This document shows positions 24,915 through 38,449 of a stretch of 64,000 nt of DNA, piece by piece. How positions within the stretch are numbered: the first letter of the stretch is position 1; the number at the start of each line of letters is the position of its first letter. Source of the stretch: Eledone cirrhosa (lineage: Eukaryota); assembly GCA_964016885.1 (NCBI GenBank), contig OZ024740.1:207142001-207206000 (forward strand). The letters are read 5' to 3'. Under the pieces are notes generated by a model, which made no database searches, was not told where the DNA came from, and saw only the letters and a program-made list of their open reading frames with translations. The translations under genes and the position numbers were made by a program.

Positions 24915-25817
24915 TCTATATATATAAAACTGTGGTTGTCTGTCTGTCTATCGATTTTTGGCACACATCTCCTCTTAGAATCTCTCACGGAATTGCACCG
25001 AAATTGCTATACTTGTACATTGAGCCCTAGCGAAGACATCGGAAAAAAAAAAATTTCAAATTGACCCACCCTATGTGACGAAATCGAATATAATGTATCG
25101 ATTTTTGAGCGTAAGTTATCAGTTATTTCCCTTTGTTCTGTTTACATTGAGCGTCTTACGTAAAAAATTACGCTGGCTTTCTCAGCGTTTAAAATGACAT
25201 TAACACAATACACGAACAAAATTCATCAGTTCGAACACTAAGCTTCCGTTTTGCTTCATTTCCATTTAAAAGCATTTTAAAACAATATTTTTACTTGAAA
25301 ACAAGTCTATTTAAAGACTACGTAAAACAAGCAAATATTTCGTCGTTAGGCGTGCAGACAGATAGTCGTGCAGAGAGGTGATATACGCGTGCAGACAGAT
25401 AGTCGTGCAGAGAGGTGATATAGGCGTGCAGACAGACAGTCGTGCAGAGAGGTGATATAGGCGTGCAGACAGACAGTCGTGCAGAGAGGTGATATAGGCA
25501 TGCAGACAGACATAACTGATAATTTGGTTACGCTAATGTTTTTCTCTGCGTTGCAGTGTTTACATTTTCGATCTTTGTTAATAAATAACCAGTGCAGTTT
25601 TTATCCCCAGCATCCTATTTTGTTATAACATTCGGGTTATCGTTATGTTTTCTTAACTTCATAAGGCATATTGTTGGTTGAGGGAATATTAATCAAAAAC
25701 ACCACATGCAAGTCTGCACAGTAGACACTACAGTTTTTAAGCCAAAAAAGAAACTTAACATTGTAACTTTAACACAGCTACTGAGCGACCCCGAGCAACG
25801 CCGGGCTTTACTGCTAG
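24915..25817 (+). mobile_element. Non-autonomous Helitron
   Basis: 5' end A|TCTATATATATAAAA. 3' GC hairpin CCCGAGCAACGCCGGG followed 8 nt later by CTAG|T. No target-site duplication. Internal tandem repeat of about 37 bp at 25348-25512. Confidence 0.85.
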
Positions 25818-26093
25818 TAGAGTATAAAAGTGAATCCCTCAATTAACAAAAACGCAGACAATTCACCAGAGCCACCAATATGGGATATGTGGTATTGTAA
25901 ATAAATATATACATATATATAATGTAATGGAATCAAATTCCCATTGTCACTGCCTCCGTTTCTCTCGCCACAAATGGGGGCCCACGCGCTGCCACCCCAC
26001 GGCTCCGGTGGGCAGAGTAAAGAAGGCGTTTCTCCTGGGGATGGTGAGGGAGATGCATTGATTATAGAATAGAAATACAGAAAGATTTACCTG

Positions 26094-26183
26094 TCATTCT
26101 AGTTTCAGTTCATCTGGTAAAGAGGCTTTTGGATGTTTGTTTTCAAAGTGTTGTTTGTAGGTTTTTACATCAGGCATCAATGA
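26094..26183 (-). CDS. ZNF706: Zinc finger protein 706, coding exon 2
   Basis: atttcag|SLMPDVKTYKQHFENKHPKASLPDELKLE*. A donor cag|gtaaat lies 3 nt after the TGA. Completes the C2H2 finger. Confidence 0.95.
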   Translation of the reverse strand, partial: SLMPDVKTYKQHFENKHPKASLPDELKLE

Positions 26184-26329
26184 CTGAAATACATGAGAAA
26201 TAAATGCTAAGAAGAAGATAAACCAAAGTAAAACATTACATTTAACATTGCCCTTTTTATTGGAATAGGCATCTGCTGGTTTTGATGATGAATGTTCTAG
26301 TATTGATTAATGGTGTTTTTTATCATGGC

Positions 26330-26560
26330 ACTTTACAGTGTGGGCTGGGGGCTTTTTGTCGTGTCACCTATACGACCACTTTACAGTGTAGACTGGGGGC
26401 TTTTTGTTGTGTCACCTACACAACCACTTTACAGTGTGGACTGGGAGCTTTTTGTCGTGTCACCTACATGACCACTTTATAGAGAGGGCTGGCGCTTTTT
26501 GTCGTGACACCTAACCGACCACTTTACAGTGTGGCCTGGGTGCTTTTTGTTGTAAGACCT
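26330..26560. repeat. 48-bp minisatellite, about 5 copies
   Basis: CACTTTACAGTGTGGGCTGGGGGCTTTTTGTCGTGTCACCTATACGAC. A related inverted array lies near 33255-33390. Confidence 0.85.
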
Positions 26561-27039
26561 ACACAAACTTTTGTCATGACATCTACACAATTAACATAAA
26601 TCTAAGATATAGGCACAGTTCATCCGACAGGTTTCCAGACAGTTTTAGATGACTAGATGTGCAGTTATACTTACAACTGCATGTACAGTTGTTGCTTTAG
26701 AAAGACAAATATGTCTTTTTATGGGTACTTGTTGTTGTCTTCTCATATGAGATTCACATGTTGCCTCTACTATTTGTTCATGGGCCTTTCTAAATCAATG
26801 ACTTGACACTCTGAAATAATGAACTCAGTGTATCAACTCCTGTTATTGTGCAAATGAGGCTTTAATAAATTCCTTTATATATATGATGAGGATGTAATTA
26901 GATCCGAAAATCAATTAAAGACATCTATCATATTTTGGCACATTTACATGCCTACATATTAAATATGAGTATATGGTGCAGTCTCAGTTACACACTCAGT
27001 ATTTATACAGATATAACTTTATCATATATATATATAAAG

Positions 27040-27335
27040 CACATGGCTTAGTGGTTAGAGTGTTGGGTTTGCAATTTAGAGGTTGTGCGTTTGATTCTCA
27101 GACCGGGTGATGTAGTGTGTCCTTCAGCAAGACACTTTATTTCACATTGCTCCAGTTTATTTAGCTGTAGAAAAGAGTTGCGACATCACTGATGCCAAGT
27201 TGTATCAACCATTGCCTTTCCCTTGGACAACATCGGTGGGTAGACTGGTATGTTGGTCTTCCACAAACAAACCTTGCCCAGGCTTGTGCCTTGGAGGGGA
27301 ACTTTCTAAGTGCGAAACCATGCTCATTAGTGACT
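27040..27335 (+). mobile_element. tRNA-derived SINE, family 2
   Basis: TGGCTTAGTGGTTAGAG (A box), GTTTGATTCTC (B-box-like), GTGTCCTTCAGCAAGACACTT core. Other copies at 30225-30560 (-) and 45565-45680 (+). Confidence 0.85.
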
Positions 27336-27853
27336 GCCTTTTTTTTCATTTTTGGCAAAGTCGACCGTAAAATTGCTTGGTATGCACATGAGGCTAATTA
27401 GCCGATGTATACATTTGAGTATATTACGTATCATCAGCAGACAAGAATACACAATCCTGATAAGGAGCAAACACTCCGAAACAACTGGACTGTTTTCTCT
27501 CAGTTACTGCTGGAACAAAAGGATGAAGTTGTTCATCTAGAAAACACATATGGTGTTTGAGGCTGTTTGCTTGCAAACAAACCAAATATATATATCTTAA
27601 AGTATATGCTGAAGCATATAGACAATACGGTGATGATGATGATGATGATATATAGTTCCACACTGTAAATGTGGTTGGTGTTATGAAGGGCATCCAGCTG
27701 TAAAATACCCGGCCAAATTTAGTCCTCATCGGAGCAATGTGCGGCATGGCCAACTCTAGCCAGACTTGCCTCTCGCCGTGGATGACTCATCTAACCCATG
27801 CAAGCATGGAAAAATGGATGTTAAATGATGATGATGATGATAAAACAACTTAC

Positions 27854-27988
27854 CATACAAACAGTACACTTGTAGTTAAGTGCTGCAGCTGCAGCTTTCT
27901 TCTGATCATGTCCGGTAGATTTCTTCATTTTGTCTTTCTTTAGTTTCTGTTTTTGTTGTGATTGGATCTTCTGTTGACCACGGGCCAT
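27854..27988 (-). CDS. ZNF706: Zinc finger protein 706, coding exon 1
   Basis: ttttcag|aaat ATG: MARGQQKIQSQQKQKLKKDKMKKSTGHDQKKAAAAALNYKCTVCM|gtaagt. The N-terminus is the characteristic ZNF706 sequence. Confidence 0.96.
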
Positions 27989-30224
27989 ATTTCTGAAAAT
28001 ACACAGAGAAAATATCTCCAGTTAATACAGGCAAAACAATACTATGAACGGCTGAAAATGACAAAATAGTACTATAAACGTTTGAACGAAAAAAGCTGTT
28101 TTTAGATATTTTCTGCTGAATCATTACAGGTAGTTAAGATTTAATTATATAAATGAAGTAAGCTACCTATAAGAAACAACCAAAAGTTAAACTATTGTTA
28201 GCATAAAAAAAAAAAGATTTGTTGATACATTAACAAACTAAGCCTCTACCAACAGTGTTCTTACAGGTGTCACACAGCACATAACCATAGGTAAATACTG
28301 TACCATGTTTACTAATGGATGAATATTTGATGAGAAACTCAGACATGGATTTTAGCTAACACACAAAAAGAATATATAAAAATAAATAGGTCTGCTGATT
28401 TGACCAGTTTATTCAAAAAGTAAGACTATTACCTCAAACATGGAGGCCAAGTTGATAAACTCCACCTGAAATTATTTACCTTTAAAACTCTCACTAACAC
28501 CCTATTCCCTTTTTAATTTAGAATGCTGCTATACTTAGAAAGCAGCTTTGCATGATGTCTTAGATACATATAACTTTCAAAGTAACAGCAAACATAAGTT
28601 AAAGTTATGAACATGCCCAAATTAGAAAATATCTAATTCTTCCTTACTACAATACTATAACACTTTCACCAATTTCAAGTTTAAATTTATCTATTTAATC
28701 AATTTAAACGTCCGTATGACCCTTTCATGACAATATTTCTAATGAAATATGTTCCTTTAATTAATGAAGAATGTTGAGAGATTTACTAAAATTATCATTT
28801 CATTACTAAGCTGTTCAATATGGTTCTTATATAAAATTATATTGAAAGGTTTTTATTTAAATAGGAACCCCTTTAAATGGCTGACAGTTTCATAAAAGCA
28901 GAGGGAGTTTCTGGCAGTTTGGTATCAAAAGGGTTAGTCTGACATTCCATCTGGTAGAAAAGTATGGAGACAATGTTAGAAACAACGATGGTTAAAAAGG
29001 ACTCTTTAGTCTTGCAGTGGACATAACCTCTCTAGTGTTGGTGCAAGGATAAAATGTACCTAGTACATGCTACAAAGTGGTAGGTCATAGGAAAGCATTC
29101 ATCTGTAGAAACCATAAACCTTTAATGCATTACTGTACTACATTCACACATAAAACACAATCAGCAATATCTATAAAAAATCCATTTTATTGTGTTATTG
29201 ATTCATAATATATTGTAACCCTATTTCATGCAGATGGTCTGAGCCAAAATTTTCTCAATTTGACATTGTACACTGGCAGTGAGAAATCACTAACAAATTC
29301 TCTTGATTTCTCTCTAATTTAGAGAACATAACATTGTCTACTGTAAAGATAACATGGATAGTAGTTGGGCAATCCAGTATTGCTGATATGACAATGTAAA
29401 TCTGCTCAGACCAGCAAGACGGAACAGATCATTATCATTTTATGGGTTAGACTGGTTATCATGTTCTGAGACTAGACAGACAGGTCAGATGACTATGTCT
29501 TGCTCATACATTGTATTTTAATATGGATACTACAGCTGGATGCCCTTTCTAATGCCAACCACTTCATGGTGTATCAGTTTTGTTTTCTTGCGGCACCACC
29601 TCTATCACCTGACAGAGTGAATTGGGTGGGTTTTTTTCTGGTACTAGCATTGCGACTTTATTGTGGTGCCTACAGTACTTTACAAAGTGGCCTGCATGCA
29701 TTTTACCATGATACCAGTGCTTCCATTTTTCAGTGTGGACTGAGCACATTTTATTGCATAATCGATACTACTACTACATTTCAACACTAGGGCACTTGTA
29801 TACTTGGCCAGGCTAGGAGGGTAGTGATAGAGAATGGAGAGGAATGAGCAAGGGTACAGACTGCCTGTTACTAGCCCATAGAGGGAGGGTTGGAATAAAG
29901 GGTATAGTGGGGTGCACCTGGTTTTCAATGCTCACCTGGCTGGGCAAGGAGTGTAAGGTAGGAAACATCAGATTTTAATCAATATTTCAAGTACTACCCC
30001 CGTGTTCTTCAATAGCTGATCTAAACAGCTGCTGTTAAGTGAAATATTGATTTCCCTGTCAAACAGAAGACCATCTTTGTGATATAGTTGGAATGGTTCA
30101 GTCATATCACACTGGTAGCTTATTGATCCACCAATGAAAAGTTGTGTTAACTCTACTAACTTTTGATCTGCACAACAGCAAATGTCTGATTTTCACCATC
30201 AGCATTTCATTTTCAATATCCAGG

Positions 30225-30560
30225 TCAAGGGTAAAGACCCCCTTTGGTCATGAATGACCATAGGATTTGAACCTAGAAAGTTCCCCTCTAAGGCACCAGT
30301 CCGAGCAAGGTTGTTTGTGGAAGACCAGCAGTCGCCCATGCATACCAGACTTCCCTCTCCACGCCACCAATGTTGTCCAAGGGAAAGGCAATGCCGATAC
30401 AGCTTGACACCAGTGACGTCGCAATTCATTTCTACAACTGAGTAAACTGGAGGAACATGAAATAAAGTGTCTTGCTCAAGGACACAACGCATCATCCGGT
30501 CCCAGAATCAAACTCACAACCTTCTGTTTCCAAGCCCAATGCTCTAACCATTAAGCTATT
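30225..30560 (-). mobile_element. tRNA-derived SINE, family 2
   Basis: Reverse-complement homologue of 27040-27335. Confidence 0.85.
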
Positions 30561-31554
30561 CACCTTCACATTTCAATATCCACATTACTACCAATTACCA
30601 ATATTACAAACTTCCATTCAACAGAAATACATTTCAAGTGAATTTATTAGGTTAAGATTTATCATACATATATAAATATACTTGTACATTTTCCATGAAA
30701 ATGTGTGAATAACCAGCATATGGCTCATCTACTGGACATACGAAACCCCAATCCAAAATATATGGTTCACTGTAAATGTTACATGCAAAATGATAGTGCA
30801 GCTTATATCTTAATCCTCTTATCTGTTGTCAATAATTGAACCAGTTAATAGATGTTAGAGGATTAATAATTGACAAATTAACATAGTCAAGAGGATTGAG
30901 ATATTCTAAATGAAATATATTACATAGGTGATAAACTAATAGAAATTTACCAAAGTTTTAATTTTTTAATCCTTTAGCATTTAAACCAGCCAGAATTCTC
31001 TCACCTCTTTCTGTTCAAACCGACCATAACCAGTCTCTCTTACTGGCATTAAAGCATTGTTCTCAAAATAAATAACATCATCACCCATGCAAGCGTGGAA
31101 GATGGACGTTAAATGATGATGATGATGATGATCATCATCATCAGAATCTCATAGATTCCATATTATGTGACATAAAGCCTTTACCATGAAAATATAATAG
31201 TAATGTAAATTATAAAGGGTTAAAGATGGATTTTGGCTCTGCCATTAGAACACTTTGCAGTATTTGTTCTGGCTCTCTAGTCAATTTTGTCTTCCATTGC
31301 TTCAAGGTCAATAAAGGACCAGTTTAGGACATTAGATTGGCAGAATCGAGAAGATTTTTAATGGTTCAGCCTATATAGTTGGAAGTAGACTCACCACTAA
31401 ACTGCAGTAGTACAATAAGATTGATAGTTTATTAGAATGAAGTGATAAGTTTAACTCCACCTGTAAGTGTAGCTTCTGAATGGTAAGGCAAGTAGACAGA
31501 GTGAAGTTCAATAATGCACTATGGTTTATACAACCGAATACTTTTTTTATGGTC

Positions 31555-31845
31555 AACCAGAGATGGCAGGCTCCCCAACGAAATTACTCTCTTCCCATTC
31601 GAAGGAGGTAGATCTTTCATTTGGGATGCCACATGTTGCGACACATTTTCCGTCTCCAACTTAGTCGCTTCGGCTGCAAACCCTGATACTGCAGCTGAGA
31701 CCTCAGGCACACTTGGACCCCGTACTGCTAACCTCCTCCGCAAGATCGGAATGTCAGTAGCCTATCTGAGGAAAGAGCCCCACGAGGTGGGGTGGCTGTT
31801 GCAGTGGGTGTCGCTGGTCATTATCCGTGGGACGCAGCCCTAATA
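31555..31845 (+). mobile_element. Remnant of a CRE-type non-LTR retrotransposon (restriction-like endonuclease C-terminus)
   Basis: RDGRLPNEITLFPFEGGRSFIWDATCCDT..ETSGTLGP..LLQWVSLVIIRG resembles the DGKRPDG..WDATCxDT..ETxG..QRxSxxIxRG pattern. Confidence 0.7.
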
Positions 31846-32679
31846 CTGCCACATCTTATGTCCAGAGCCCATCACCCCCTTCCTTTCTTCTGTGGCCCTA
31901 TAGGCTTTGCTTTCCCCCTCATTTATGGCTTCCATATTCCTTTCCCCTACTTTTCCATACAGCCAGATCTGCCCTTCCCATTTTCTCATTACTTAATATT
32001 GCTTTTATCTTTCTTTCTCATATTTATTTATCTTTTGAAAATAAAATATTATTTGCAGAGTGTACTGGGTACATTTTATCATGGCACCAACACCATAGAA
32101 GATGTCATATCTACTCTATGTTGTTTCTATGTGTTTGTTCACCAGTACCAGTGAGTTTTTTTTGTCCCTCGAAATACTAAGAGTTCATTCTTCCTAGATT
32201 GTTCCCTTGTTTTTTTTTTAGCACCCAACTGGATGAGAAGAGAACCAGAGTGAGGGTGATAGAAAAGTAAAGGAAGTTAAGAAGAGATAAATATATATAC
32301 ATAGCATTGGTATATTAGAAAATCTAAGACAAATTCAATACTACATTAACCTTTTAGCATTTACATTACTCTATATTTACTATTGTATTTTCATGGTAAA
32401 GGCTTTATCTTACATAATTATCTCACATAATATCGAATCTATGAGATTTTGATTATTATTTTGAAAACAATACCTTAACATCAGTATGAGTGGCCATTTC
32501 AGCCGGTTTGAACAGAAAGAGGTGAGAGAATTCTGGCCGGATATAGCCAGTTTAAATGCTAAAGGGTTAATGGTCATCTCATAAAAAGTAAACTGGAATA
32601 GCCTGAATGAGATTACCAAACATGAGTTCCTAAATAACATCTGACCACTAAATATATAGCTGTATTTGAAAACTGACTG

Positions 32680-32865
32680 CAGTGAACCCTGTAATATTTG
32701 ACCAACGAGAACTTGATTGTAACGGACCCGATACTATTTGACCACTGAATACAGTGAACTCTGTAACATTTGACCACTGAATACAATGAACCTTGTAACA
32801 TTTGACCATTGAACACAATGGACCCTGTAACATTTGACCACTGAATACATGACCACAGTGAACCA
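32680..32865. repeat. Minisatellite of about 31 bp
   Basis: TGAACCCTGTAACATTTGACCACTGAATACA, about 5 copies. Confidence 0.85.
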
Positions 32866-33649
32866 TATAATATTCGACAGCCTTATTTTACATTGAACGG
32901 TAATTTGTAATTCATGGTTTGTGTAAATATATATGGGCGGTGAAGTGGCAGAGTCATTAGAACAGTGGATATAATGCTTTGCGGTATTTATTTCAGCTCT
33001 CTGAGGTGAACTTTGTCTTTCATCCATTCAAGGTCAATAAAAATAGTACCAGTCTAGTACTAGAGTCAATTCTTCCTCTATATCTCTCTCACTCAATCCT
33101 TCTCTCGAAGAAATCTTCTGTATTTAGACCTGGAAAGGAGATGGGACCTGCCAGGTTTTTTTAAAAATGCCCTAGACACGCCATATGTCAACATGGCGCC
33201 CCTACAACTCTCTCAGGAGCTATGTGTCCATACATACTTATAAATATATACACGTGTAGGTGTCATGACAAAAAGCACCATGCCTACACTATAAAATGGT
33301 CATGTAGGAGTCACGACAAAAAGCACTGTTAACACTGTAATGTGGTTGTATAGGTGTCAGAACAAAAAGCACCCAGCACACACTGTAAATATGGTTGTCA
33401 TTAAAAGGGTAACCAGTCATAGAAACCTAGCCAGATACAGTTCTATGTGAGCAAGACACGGTCACTTGACCCAAATTGCCTCTTATGGGACAAACCTGTC
33501 TAACACATGCTAACGTGGAAAATGGACGTTAAACGATGATGATGATGACACATACATATATACACCAACAAAACTACTAGTGTTTTAAGATCGTTTCCTT
33601 GCTACAACAGGGGTTAGCCTAGTGAGGCTTCATAAGGTTCACTTTGTCT

Positions 33650-34020
33650 GCATTCCCACCTAATCAAGGCTGTCTTTTATTTCTTCTTACATCAACTTTA
33701 ACCATGTTTTTGTTGGTCTTCTTCCTCCCACGTTCATTTTTATCACTCTTCTCACGTTCCTCAACACATGACCCAACCATCTCATTCTATTTCTCTCCAC
33801 AACATTCATCACTGGCTCTATTCCTACCATCCTTTTGTCTTCCTCTCTCAGCAATATTCCACTCAACCACCAGACCATTCCCATTTGTTTCTCCAGGCTT
33901 CTCTGTTGCACCACATTCACCACCCATACCCATAAATCATGGCACTTCTCGGACACAACTTTCACTTCAGTTTCAGTAATTCCCCTACTCCTCCACATAT
34001 ATCTCTCCTATATGAGCGAG
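33650..34020 (-). mobile_element. RTE-clade LINE 3' fragment
   Basis: VERNRMRWLGHVLR..VGGRRPTKTW. Confidence 0.7.
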
Positions 34021-35477
34021 ACACGGTCAATCGACCCAACTTACCTCTAAATGGGACAAACCCGTCTAACCCACGGTAGCGTGGAAGATAGACGTTAATC
34101 GACGATGATTATATATATATATATACACAAAATATACATCATATAAGCTATTAGAACATCCAGAGATCCGAAAAGATATCTAAATGAAAGTTCAACTACA
34201 GTCCGGGTAAAAATCGGATTTCCAGGGTGAAAATCTACTATATATAAATATTTCGTTTTGTATGTTTTGAATTGGTACCATGACCGACCCTCCTAAAGTA
34301 TGTGTGTGCGTATGTACAAACACTCACACACACATATAATACAAGATTTTTTGACTGTGACCCTTCAAAATCCGCCATGCTAGTGTTAATAGTGGTCGTC
34401 ATTGTGTAATCCTGATCGAGGAGCAACCATGCTGATCCAGTCTTTTTCTGTGTATCTTAGTTTATATTATTCAATATGTTCTCTCTAACTACCCTTTTTA
34501 CGACAGTGGGTCAGTGGATTGACCGTACTAATTTTTGTGTACAAATGTATACATATGCGACTGTTAAGGCTAGGGGTGTTACATAGATGTATGGTCTTTA
34601 TTTTAGGCGCGCACAACGAAGGGGAGTTTTACTTCGAGGTGACCCACTCACCAACAGTTTTTCTTCAGTGATGAAATATTTTAGAAACCAATAGAGTCCA
34701 GCGATATTATTGTGTATCCCCAGGTCAAACAGGATCAAGTAGATTCATAGTCAGTCATTCCAGCCTTGACCACCTGTCCTCTTTAAATATACATATATAA
34801 ACTACATAATCCACAATGGCTTTATCTTTTTTTAAGATTAGAAGGTGAGATTTTGAAGGAGATATAGCTATTATTTCTAACAGATTGGGTAACTACGCAG
34901 AGGCTCCTTTGTTTAACCACAGGTCTTCCATGATCGAGCAGTATTAATGGTGAAAGCTTTACTACAGAGGGACTCCCACGTTTGGTTGGTAGGAAGATGA
35001 TAAAACAATGAAGGACTTAGTGTTATTAACAACATTTAGGTAACAGAAGAGAGAGGTAGACACATTAACGTGATGAGAGAGGCGGGGAGAAAACGGCGGT
35101 AAGAGAAAGCCGGTTGGTGGTGGTACATGAGCGCATTTGAATTTACAAATACATATTGTATATATATATATATATATATTAATATGTATATAGTCTCAAA
35201 TATGTAATATAGTGAGCGTTATATAATATATATATATATATTGAATACTTTCTCCTTATGTTTATATAAACATATAAAATGATTTAGATTTTAGTAAAAG
35301 AATGAAGGAAATTTCTAACTTACTTTCTTCTCTTACGTGAGTTTGTCAGAAAAAAATATATTTAATAATCCTTTGAAGATGTAAGCCTCTATCGTGTGTA
35401 TGTTATGTATATATATTTACAATGTGTAACTATATATATATGTGTGTCTGTATATATATATATATAGTTGGTGTTAC

Positions 35478-35570
35478 TTATGAAGGCGGAGGTTTTGTAC
35501 GACGGTGTGTGAGACAGAAAGTGAGATGATGGCGGAAGTTACCAGAAACCCACGGCTACGTCACAGCATT
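35478..35570 (-). promoter_or_regulatory. Probable ZNF706 promoter and non-coding first exon
   Basis: Locally CpG-rich. The minus strand has TGACGT (CRE-like) and an overlapping ETS/YY1 motif ACTTCCGCCATC. Candidate donors are at 35477 (AA|GTAACA) and about 35323 (AA|GTAAGT). The ATG exon begins at an acceptor, so an upstream exon is required. Confidence 0.55.
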
Positions 35571-36100
35571 AACATGCTGGTCATGTGACTAAAGGTCCTT
35601 CTTTACAGATTAATTCCTATTTTAGGGTACTAATAAAGTAAAAAGTAAAATTTTAAGAGAGAGAAAATCTCAATCTGAACAGTAAACAACGAATTACGAA
35701 ATAAATTTAATTTCTGATTTTCTATATGTGCTTCTAGCAATACGGAAAGAACGAAATGTACTTGTATGAATTATCCACTTAATTCCATTGATCCAATCAA
35801 TCGATGTGTTCAATCACAGACGATTAAAGGGCGGTGAAACACATGTGAAGACTATATTTAACATCCAGTAATAGCTTCTTCCAAATCTCATTTCATTTTA
35901 GTAAGTACAATTTCGATAACAATTAACAGTTTTTTATTTTAAGTACATCTTCCACAATCATCGGACTTATTTTTATTAGTACACGAAAATAGGGAACAGC
36001 TTTCTTTTATTTATTTATCTTTTTAAAAATACCGTATTAATAACTAACTATTAGAAAAGATAAAGCCGAAACCGCTTGACGCCGCAGTCGAGATTTAACA

Positions 36101-36131
<31 letters not shown>

Positions 36132-37270
36132 TATTATCTATTTTATCTGTATACCTATTTTACATAGGCTTTATTATCTATTTTATCTGTATACCTATTA
36201 TACATATGCTTGTTATTCATTAACAGGTAAACAATATTTGAGAGAGAAAAACAACAAACATTTCCAACCGGATCTTTGCTATGTCGCATTTAATCCGTAC
36301 TATTCAGTTCAAGGTAGAAAATAGCAGTTAGTCGCTTCTTTAATTTCTCAACACGTTCTTCAATATTTTACTCAACGCAGTCTTTATTTCTCTTCCATGT
36401 AAGTTTTACTACTTTCATTTACTTTATAGCAAACAAGAGATAATTTATATTCGTCGTTAATTTGATATATTTCCATTTATATTTATTTACGTAATATTTT
36501 GATTTCTTACATGCTTAGATGCCAACTAATAATTTAACCTTTATTTCCAGATTTTTTTTTATTTTATCGCCCAGCTGGACCTATTTCCATTTGAAATTAC
36601 TTTAATAATATAAAAAAAAAAGGAAAAAAACTTACGATATTCTCAAAAAATCATTAAGTTTGTAAAATAGAAAAAAAGATGTAGAGAAAATGTCATGAAT
36701 TGATAATGTTTAATATTTTAATACCTAGAAATAGTAGACAAATTCCCATCAAATCACACTTTACAGTTTTAAAGAAGCAAAGGACAATATAGTTATAACC
36801 CCATCTTTAAATTGATGTTTTGGTCACGGTTAGAATGTCTTTGATTCTATAGGTCTCTCGAGCGGAGTTGACATGACATTAAACAAGGTGTGAATGTCAC
36901 ATCTGTCCCATTTTCCCCCTCTGGAACATAAATTGTCGAAATATTATTTTAGACACATATTACTCTTCTTCCTAGCTTCTATTTTTCTTTAATGTTCATT
37001 AATGAATTGTTTTATTTACTTCAAGTCTGGAAGAAGTTTTTTGTTAGTTATTAATCACATATCGGCTTTTCCCACTAGCGTGTAACTGACTATTTTTTTT
37101 TTACATAGTTGTATGTGTGAAAAAAAACAAACAAACTATATACTATATGTCAAGGAAGTATACTAAATATAATATATATAGTTGTTAGTCCTCTAGCACA
37201 CGTATGATCAAAGACATTCCAGTCATGACCATCTCGTCATTTTTAGGGGTGTGTCTAGGACTACATTATC

Positions 37271-37961
37271 GGTAATTTACTATTTTACGTTCACAAACTC
37301 AAACATTATCGCTAGTTATGTCTGGAGGTCGAAAGTGATACTGTTAAGCGGTGAACCACAAGTAAAATTACTGACTAGGGTTTAGGTTATTTATTGAAAA
37401 AGAGAGAGAAAAATTATTAGATACAAAAAGAGACAATTAAAAGTGATATTTTCGATGAAAAAATTTAGTTTCATCCACTTCCACCGTCATTGGTTCTCCA
37501 TCCTCATTAATCCCACCTATTTGTTGGGGGTTTTGCTCAAGCCACATTTCACATGCCTCGCGACAAAAATTACACCAATCTACTGTAATACCATGTTTTG
37601 CCATCAGATATATCACCTCTATTAATTAGGAAGCATTCAACACTACAGGAGTCACAAATCAAAGTATTGCGTAAAAGCCGTCTACGTGCACACCACTGTA
37701 TACAGCTCCAAGTACAGTTACATCTCTTGCAAGTTTGGTTATATTATATTTCTCAGCCAAAATTTGAGTGCTATTCATTACTTCATCTGGTGGAACAATA
37801 TATTTTGGCGCAGTAGTAGGTCGACCTCCAGGTCAGAAGTGAAAGTAATTTTCAAACGTGAAACTTTTAAGCTTAATTCACCGCTTAACAGTTTCACTTT
37901 CGACCTCCAGACATAACTAGCGATAAGGTTTGAGTTTTTGAACGTAAAATAGTAAATTACC
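37271..37961. mobile_element. MITE with TIRs of about 85 bp and an 8-bp TSD (Merlin-type termini)
   Basis: TIR GGTAATTTACTATTTTACGTTCA.. / ..TGAACGTAAAATAGTAAATTACC. ACATTATC is duplicated at 37263-37270 and 37962-37969. Confidence 0.9.
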
Positions 37962-38449
37962 ACATTATCAAATGTGTCCTTCATTATTTCAGACGGTTAG
38001 ATGTAATTATACACACACATATATATATAGAAATTACTTCTACAGGACTAGAACTGTTTCATTCGTATGAAATCACCATCCTGATGATTTGATACGAAGT
38101 CATTTCTATATAATAAATATGCTTATTTTCTATTTAATTGTGTGTATATACACACATACACAATGTGCGTTATTAGCACAACTTCCTGTTTAACACATGT
38201 ATCGCCGGTGTTCATCTAAAGGACTTTATCTAAATGTACGTAAACACCACAATTTGCCGGCGTTTATTCAATAATAAATATTTTATTTTACTTTAACTGC
38301 AAATTATCTTGTGCGAGAATTGTGAATTAAGGACGATGTATTAGGGCGGTGAATTGGAAGAGGAGTTAGACTTGAGTTAATTATTCAAGTTATATGCTTT
38401 TTGTCGTGTGCTTTTTTTTTGGGGGGGGGGGGGTTCTATTTAACTATAC

